The notes under the pieces: model-generated | The model's input: the letters and a program-made list of their open reading frames with translations, nothing else | Told to the model about the DNA's origin: nothing | Database searches by the model: none | Shown: positions 54,775-58,647 of the stretch, piece after piece | How positions within the stretch are numbered: the first letter of the stretch is position 1 | Layout of the letters: the number at the start of each line of letters is the position of its first letter | Translations under genes and position numbers: made by a program | Assembly: GCA_964658425.1 (NCBI GenBank) | Contig: CAZZYZ010000001.1 | Span: forward strand, 1 to 58,647 | From: Vulcanimicrobiota bacterium | GTDB taxonomy: Bacteria > Vulcanimicrobiota > Vulcanimicrobiia > Vulcanimicrobiales > Vulcanimicrobiaceae | Direction of reading: 5' to 3' | Length of the DNA: 58,647 nt

Positions 54775-55596
54775 ATGGATGCCGAGCGACTCGAAGCCGA
54801 GATACATGCCTTGCAGTCGGACCGCTCGGAGCTGCGCGGAAAACGCGGGGAAGCGGTCGACGAGGTGCTCGCCGCACTCGACGTCGGTGCCCTGCGCGTC
54901 TGCGAACCGGGCCCCGCGGGCTGGGTGACGCACGCCTGGGTAAAACAGGCGATCCTGCTCTACTTCGGCCGCTACGACAGCGTCGCGTCCGGGGTCCCGG
55001 GCGGTCTTTCGTATTACGACAAGGTGCCGACGAAGCAAAATTACGCGCTGCTCGGTGCGCGTTGCGTCCCGCCGGGCGTCGCGCGTTACGGTTCGTTCCT
55101 CGGTCGCGGCACGATCCTGATGCCGGGCTTCGTCAACGTGGGCGGCTACGTCGATGAAGGCTCGATGGTCGATACGTGGGCGACCGTCGGCTCGTGCGCG
55201 CAGATCGGGAAGAACGTCCATCTCTCGGGCGGGGTCGGGATCGGCGGCGTCCTCGAACCGGCGCAAGCGCAGCCCGTCGTGATCGAGGACGGCGCGTTCA
55301 TCGGGTCGCGGGCGATCGTCGTCGAGGGAGTCTTCGTCGGGCGCGAAGCGGTCCTCGGTGCGGGCGTCGTGCTGACGGCGAGCACGCCCATCGTCGACGT
55401 GCGCGGCGCCGAGCCGACGACGACGAAGGGGCGCATCGAACCGCGCTCGGTCGTCATCCCCGGGTCGATTCCGAAGGCGTTTCCGGCGGGGACGTTCGGC
55501 GTGCCGTGCGCGCTCGTCATCGGCGAGCGTACGGAATCGACCGATCGCAAAACGAGCCTCGAAACGGCGCTGCGCGCGTTCGGGGTCTCGGTTTGA
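54775..55596 (+). CDS. dapD: 2,3,4,5-tetrahydropyridine-2,6-dicarboxylate N-succinyltransferase
   Basis: ATG 54775 in track ORF 54733-55596. Near-identical core to the recalled E. coli DapD ([31 protein letters not shown]). Confidence 0.93.
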   Translation: MDAERLEAEIHALQSDRSELRGKRGEAVDEVLAALDVGALRVCEPGPAGWVTHAWVKQAILLYFGRYDSVASGVPGGLSYYDKVPTKQNYALLGARCVPPGVARYGSFLGRGTILMPGFVNVGGYVDEGSMVDTWATVGSCAQIGKNVHLSGGVGIGGVLEPAQAQPVVIEDGAFIGSRAIVVEGVFVGREAVLGAGVVLTASTPIVDVRGAEPTTTKGRIEPRSVVIPGSIPKAFPAGTFGVPCALVIGERTESTDRKTSLETALRAFGVSV

Positions 55597-56747
55597 ATCC
55601 CGCGATCGCAGCGGTCCCGGGATCGCTCATTCGCGCGTTGCACGCGCGGCGCGGACCGGCGACGATCGACCTCGGCATCGGGCAACCGACGCTCGCGCCC
55701 GACATCGCGTATTTCGAGCGCGCGACCGCGTGGACCGCGAAGCACGGCTGCCGCTATTCCTCCAACCTCGGCGACGAGGATCTGCGTGAGATGATCGCCG
55801 TGCATTACGCCTATCTCGGGCTCGCCGCGCCCGGGAACGTGTGCGTCACGAACGGCTCGGCGGAGGCCGTCTACGTCGCGTTGCGTTCGCTGATCGACGT
55901 CCGTGCGGGCGACGAGGTGCTCGTCGTCGAGCCCGCGTTCCCGATCTACGTGAAGATCGCGCAGGTCGAAGGGATGGCGCTACGCCGGGTATTCATCGAT
56001 CCGCGTTCGCAGGATGGCTTCGATCCACAGGCGATCCTCGGCGCGATCACGCCGCAGACGCGCGTGATCGTCATCTGTTCGCCTTCGAACCCGACGGGGC
56101 GCGTGATCACGCAGCGCAGCGTCGATGAGATCGCGCGCGGCCTGCTCGCACGCGACGGGCCGCCCGTCTACGTGCTTCACGACGAGATCTATCGCGAGAT
56201 CGCGTTTACGGACGACGTCGGGACGTTCGGCTCGGTCTATCCGCACACGATCGCGATCAATTCGCTCTCGAAATCGAACGCGCTCACGGGGCTGCGCATC
56301 GGATGGGCGATCGCGCCGGCCGAGGTGATGGCGCAGCTCGTCAAGATGCACGGCTGGGTATCGTCGTGCGCGAATACGTTCGGCCAACGCATCGCGGCCG
56401 AGATCTTCGCCGCGAACGATCTCGGCGGACATCGGGCGTGGTATGCGGCGCAGCGTTCCGGCGTCCTCGCGACGCTCGGTGAGATCGGGCTCGAACACGT
56501 CGTGCCGGAAGGGGCGTTCTACGTCTGCGTGCGCGTCGGCGGCGATACGCTCGCGTTCGCGGAGGAACTCGTCGTCACGCACGACGTCATCGCGATCCCG
56601 GGCGACATCTTCGCGCCCGAGATGGCGGGCTGGCTGCGAACGAGTTTCGTCTCGCCGCTCGCGGACGTGCGTACGGGGCTGACGCGGATCGCGGCGCTGC
56701 GCGACTGCGGGCTTCCCGACGAGAGTCTCGCGGAATGGGCGACGTGA
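55593..56747 (+). CDS. Class I/II PLP-dependent aminotransferase; candidate N-succinyl-LL-diaminopimelate aminotransferase (DapC)
   Basis: TTG 55593 in track ORF 55176-56747, overlapping the dapD stop (TTGA). PLP-lysine motif NSLSKSNALTGLRIGW. The DapC role is inferred from coupling to dapD only. Confidence 0.8.
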   Translation: MNPAIAAVPGSLIRALHARRGPATIDLGIGQPTLAPDIAYFERATAWTAKHGCRYSSNLGDEDLREMIAVHYAYLGLAAPGNVCVTNGSAEAVYVALRSLIDVRAGDEVLVVEPAFPIYVKIAQVEGMALRRVFIDPRSQDGFDPQAILGAITPQTRVIVICSPSNPTGRVITQRSVDEIARGLLARDGPPVYVLHDEIYREIAFTDDVGTFGSVYPHTIAINSLSKSNALTGLRIGWAIAPAEVMAQLVKMHGWVSSCANTFGQRIAAEIFAANDLGGHRAWYAAQRSGVLATLGEIGLEHVVPEGAFYVCVRVGGDTLAFAEELVVTHDVIAIPGDIFAPEMAGWLRTSFVSPLADVRTGLTRIAALRDCGLPDESLAEWAT

Positions 56748-56759
56748 GCCGCATCGCCG

Positions 56760-58151
56760 TTATTCATCGCCTCCGATCCAGACGGTTTGGACGTTTACGA
56801 ATTCGTGGATCCCGAACGAGCTGAGCTCGCGGCCGTAGCCGCTGCGCTTGACGCCGCCGAACGGTAGGCGTGGGTCCGAGACCGTCATACCGTTAACGAA
56901 GACGGCGCCCGATTCGAGGCGCTCGGCGAGGCGTCGCGCGCGTTCGACGTCGCGCGTCCACAGATTCCCGCCGAGCCCGTATTGCGATGCGTTCGCGAGC
57001 GCGACGCATTCGTCGAGATCTTTGGCGCGGACGACCGCCGCGACCGGCCCGAACGTCTCTTCGTCGAAGAGCGGCATCCCGGGTAGGACGCCCGTCACGA
57101 TCGTCGGAGCGTAGAAGAACCCCGGCCCGGCGACGCGCGTGCCGCCGAGCGCGAGCGTCGCGCCCATTGCGAGCGTGCGCGCGACTTGGCCTTCGAGGTT
57201 GTCGCGCAGATCGGCGCGCGCGAGTGGGCCGAGCGTGGTTTGTGCGTCGCGCGGATCCCCCGTCCGCAGCGCCGACGCAAGCGCGACGAACGCGGCGAGG
57301 AACGCGTCGTAGACGGGCGCTTCGACGATGAATCGCTTCGCGGCGATGCAGCTCTGCCCGGCGTTCTGAAAGCGCGCCTTCACGGCCGTCTCCGCGGCGC
57401 GCTCGATGTCGGCATCGGCGAGGACGATGAACGCATCGGAGCCGCCGAGTTCGAGGACGGTCTTCTTGAGCGCACCGCCCGCGGCCGCGGCGACGCTCGC
57501 GCCCGCGCGCTCGCTCCCGGTGAGCGTGACCGCGGCGATGCGCGAATCGACGACGACGGCCGACATGTCGTCGTTCCCGACGACGATTGTCGTGAACGCG
57601 CCCGCGGGGAAACCCGCGCGCTCGAACAGCGTCGCGATCGCGTACGCGCAGCCCGTTACGTTCGCGGCGTGTTTGAGCACGACGGTATTCCCCGCGACGA
57701 GCGCCGGCGCGGCGACGCGGAAGACTTGCCAGAACGGGAAATTCCACGGCATGATCGCGAGTAAAACGCCGAGCGGTCGATAGGCGACGTAGCTCTCGCG
57801 CGCGTTCGTCGCGACGTTCTCGTTCGCGAGCAGATCCGCGCCGCGGTCCGCGTAGAAGTCGCAGCCGACCGCGCACTTCTCGACCTCCGCTTCCGCTTCG
57901 GCGAGCGTCTTGCCCATCTCGCGCGACGCGAGGCGCGCGAGCTTCGCCTTCTTCGCACGCAGCTCGACGCCGACGGCGCGCACGAGCCGCGCGCGTTCGT
58001 CGATTCGGCGTTGCGACCAAACGCGATAACAGGCGACCGCACCATCGAGCGCTCGGTCCACCGTCTCCGCGTCGTCGAAGGCATACGTTTCGAGCGGTTC
58101 CTCCGAAGCCGGATCGATCGTCGAGAAGGTCCGCTCGTGCGTTGCGTTCAT
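56760..58151 (-). CDS. NAD(P)+-dependent aldehyde dehydrogenase, succinate-semialdehyde dehydrogenase-like
   Basis: Internal ATG 58151 (MNATHERTFSTIDPA...) of track ORF 56760-58271. Motifs PWNFPFWQV, LELGGSD, and catalytic Cys in NAGQSCIAAKR. Confidence 0.88.
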   Translation of the reverse strand: MNATHERTFSTIDPASEEPLETYAFDDAETVDRALDGAVACYRVWSQRRIDERARLVRAVGVELRAKKAKLARLASREMGKTLAEAEAEVEKCAVGCDFYADRGADLLANENVATNARESYVAYRPLGVLLAIMPWNFPFWQVFRVAAPALVAGNTVVLKHAANVTGCAYAIATLFERAGFPAGAFTTIVVGNDDMSAVVVDSRIAAVTLTGSERAGASVAAAAGGALKKTVLELGGSDAFIVLADADIERAAETAVKARFQNAGQSCIAAKRFIVEAPVYDAFLAAFVALASALRTGDPRDAQTTLGPLARADLRDNLEGQVARTLAMGATLALGGTRVAGPGFFYAPTIVTGVLPGMPLFDEETFGPVAAVVRAKDLDECVALANASQYGLGGNLWTRDVERARRLAERLESGAVFVNGMTVSDPRLPFGGVKRSGYGRELSSFGIHEFVNVQTVWIGGDE

Positions 58152-58303
58152 CTGCAGCACGTTTGCGATACGCGACGCCGGGTCCGTTCCGATCGGCGTG
58201 ATCCGGCGGGAAGTGGTCGCAGCCGACGGCAATGTACGCGGGCGCGTTCCGGCCGATCGAAGCTCGTGCAACCGCGTACTCGCACCCCGACGTTCGGAGG
58301 CCC

Positions 58304-58647
58304 GTGCCGATTCTCTCTCCGCGAACGAAGCCGACCATCGTTTTCATCGGCGTGACGACCGAGGGTAGTTCGATTCACCGCGTCTTCCCCGCCTGGGCGC
58401 GCCGGCTCGGCCTCGAAGCCGAGATCCTCGGGCTCGATCTCGCTCCGCGTAGCGACCCCGCGGTCTATCGCGATGCGGTCCGCGCGATTCGCGAAGATCC
58501 GCTCGTGCGCGGCGCGGCGATCACGACGCACAAGCTCGCACTCTACGACGCCTGCTACGATCTCTTCGACGAGTTCGACGCGTATGCCGAGGCGATGGCG
58601 GAGGTGAGCTGCATCTCCAAACGCGGCGATCGCCTGCGGTGCGGTGC
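58304..58647 (+). CDS. 5' part of a gene running off the window; N-terminus resembles the substrate-binding domain of shikimate/quinate dehydrogenase-like proteins
   Basis: Open frame from GTG 58304 (GGAGG just upstream) to the window end, with G/C-rich third positions. Translation ..TIVFIGVTTEGSSIHRVFPAWARRLGLEAEILGLDL...VRGAAITTHK...DEFDAYAEAMAEVSCISKRGDRL parallels the AroE pattern (G..VT.P.K ... D..A...GAVN). Not in the ORF track because it has no stop. The function call is tentative. Confidence 0.45.
   Translation, partial: MPILSPRTKPTIVFIGVTTEGSSIHRVFPAWARRLGLEAEILGLDLAPRSDPAVYRDAVRAIREDPLVRGAAITTHKLALYDACYDLFDEFDAYAEAMAEVSCISKRGDRLRCG

Overview
GC-rich (third codon positions almost all G/C), densely coding bacterial chromosomal segment. 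I call about 58 protein genes and 2 tRNAs, and found no rRNA, CRISPR array, transposase or integrase. Most genes sit in tight operons, and many junctions are 1-16 nt start/stop overlaps (ATGA, GTGA, TTGA). The many long Arg/Pro/Ala-rich ORFs in the six-frame track are high-GC artefacts.

Content, left to right:
- tRNA-Leu(UAA) interrupted by a 222-nt group I intron.
- TPR lipoprotein-like gene, then HDAC-type deacetylase + MauE/DoxX + TlpA thioredoxin.
- GNAT acetyltransferase.
- Envelope-stress module: secreted His/Met-rich protein, ECF sigma, zf-HC2 anti-sigma, RseB/MucB-like protein.
- TonB-dependent receptor, PHP phosphoesterase, ferritin-like protein, orphan cytochrome P450.
- ahcY-metK, AI-2E transporter, tRNA-Asn.
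- Seven-gene translationally coupled peptidoglycan-recycling operon: orphan MalK/MsiK-like ATPase, nagZ, AmiE-like beta-lactamase-fold protein, anmK, BadF-type sugar kinase, murQ, exported DUF4127-like protein.
- fabI + DUF59 protein.
- Mirror-image pair of paralogous ribbon-helix-helix genes, then clpC.
- SWIM-SNF2 helicase + WYL regulator.
- Signal-less class A beta-lactamase-like protein.
- STAS-TM-LolA-like fusion protein coupled to TetR-HlyD-TolC, with no inner-membrane pump gene.
- Complete pentose-phosphate operon: tkt, fused tal-pgi, gnd, zwf, opcA, pgl.
- dapD + aminotransferase, then an aldehyde dehydrogenase.

TolC, the TonB-dependent receptor and the RseB/LolA-like domains indicate a diderm envelope. 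opcA, clpC, the BadF-type kinase and the AmiE-like amidase are Terrabacteria-like traits. I cannot assign the lineage from this window.

Most noteworthy:
1. The trnL(UAA) group I intron in an apparently non-cyanobacterial context.
2. The recycling operon ending in an exported DUF4127-like protein and using an AmiE-type rather than AmpD-type enzyme.
3. The STAS-TM-LolA-like fusion heading an incomplete efflux operon.
4. The convergent RHH paralog pair.
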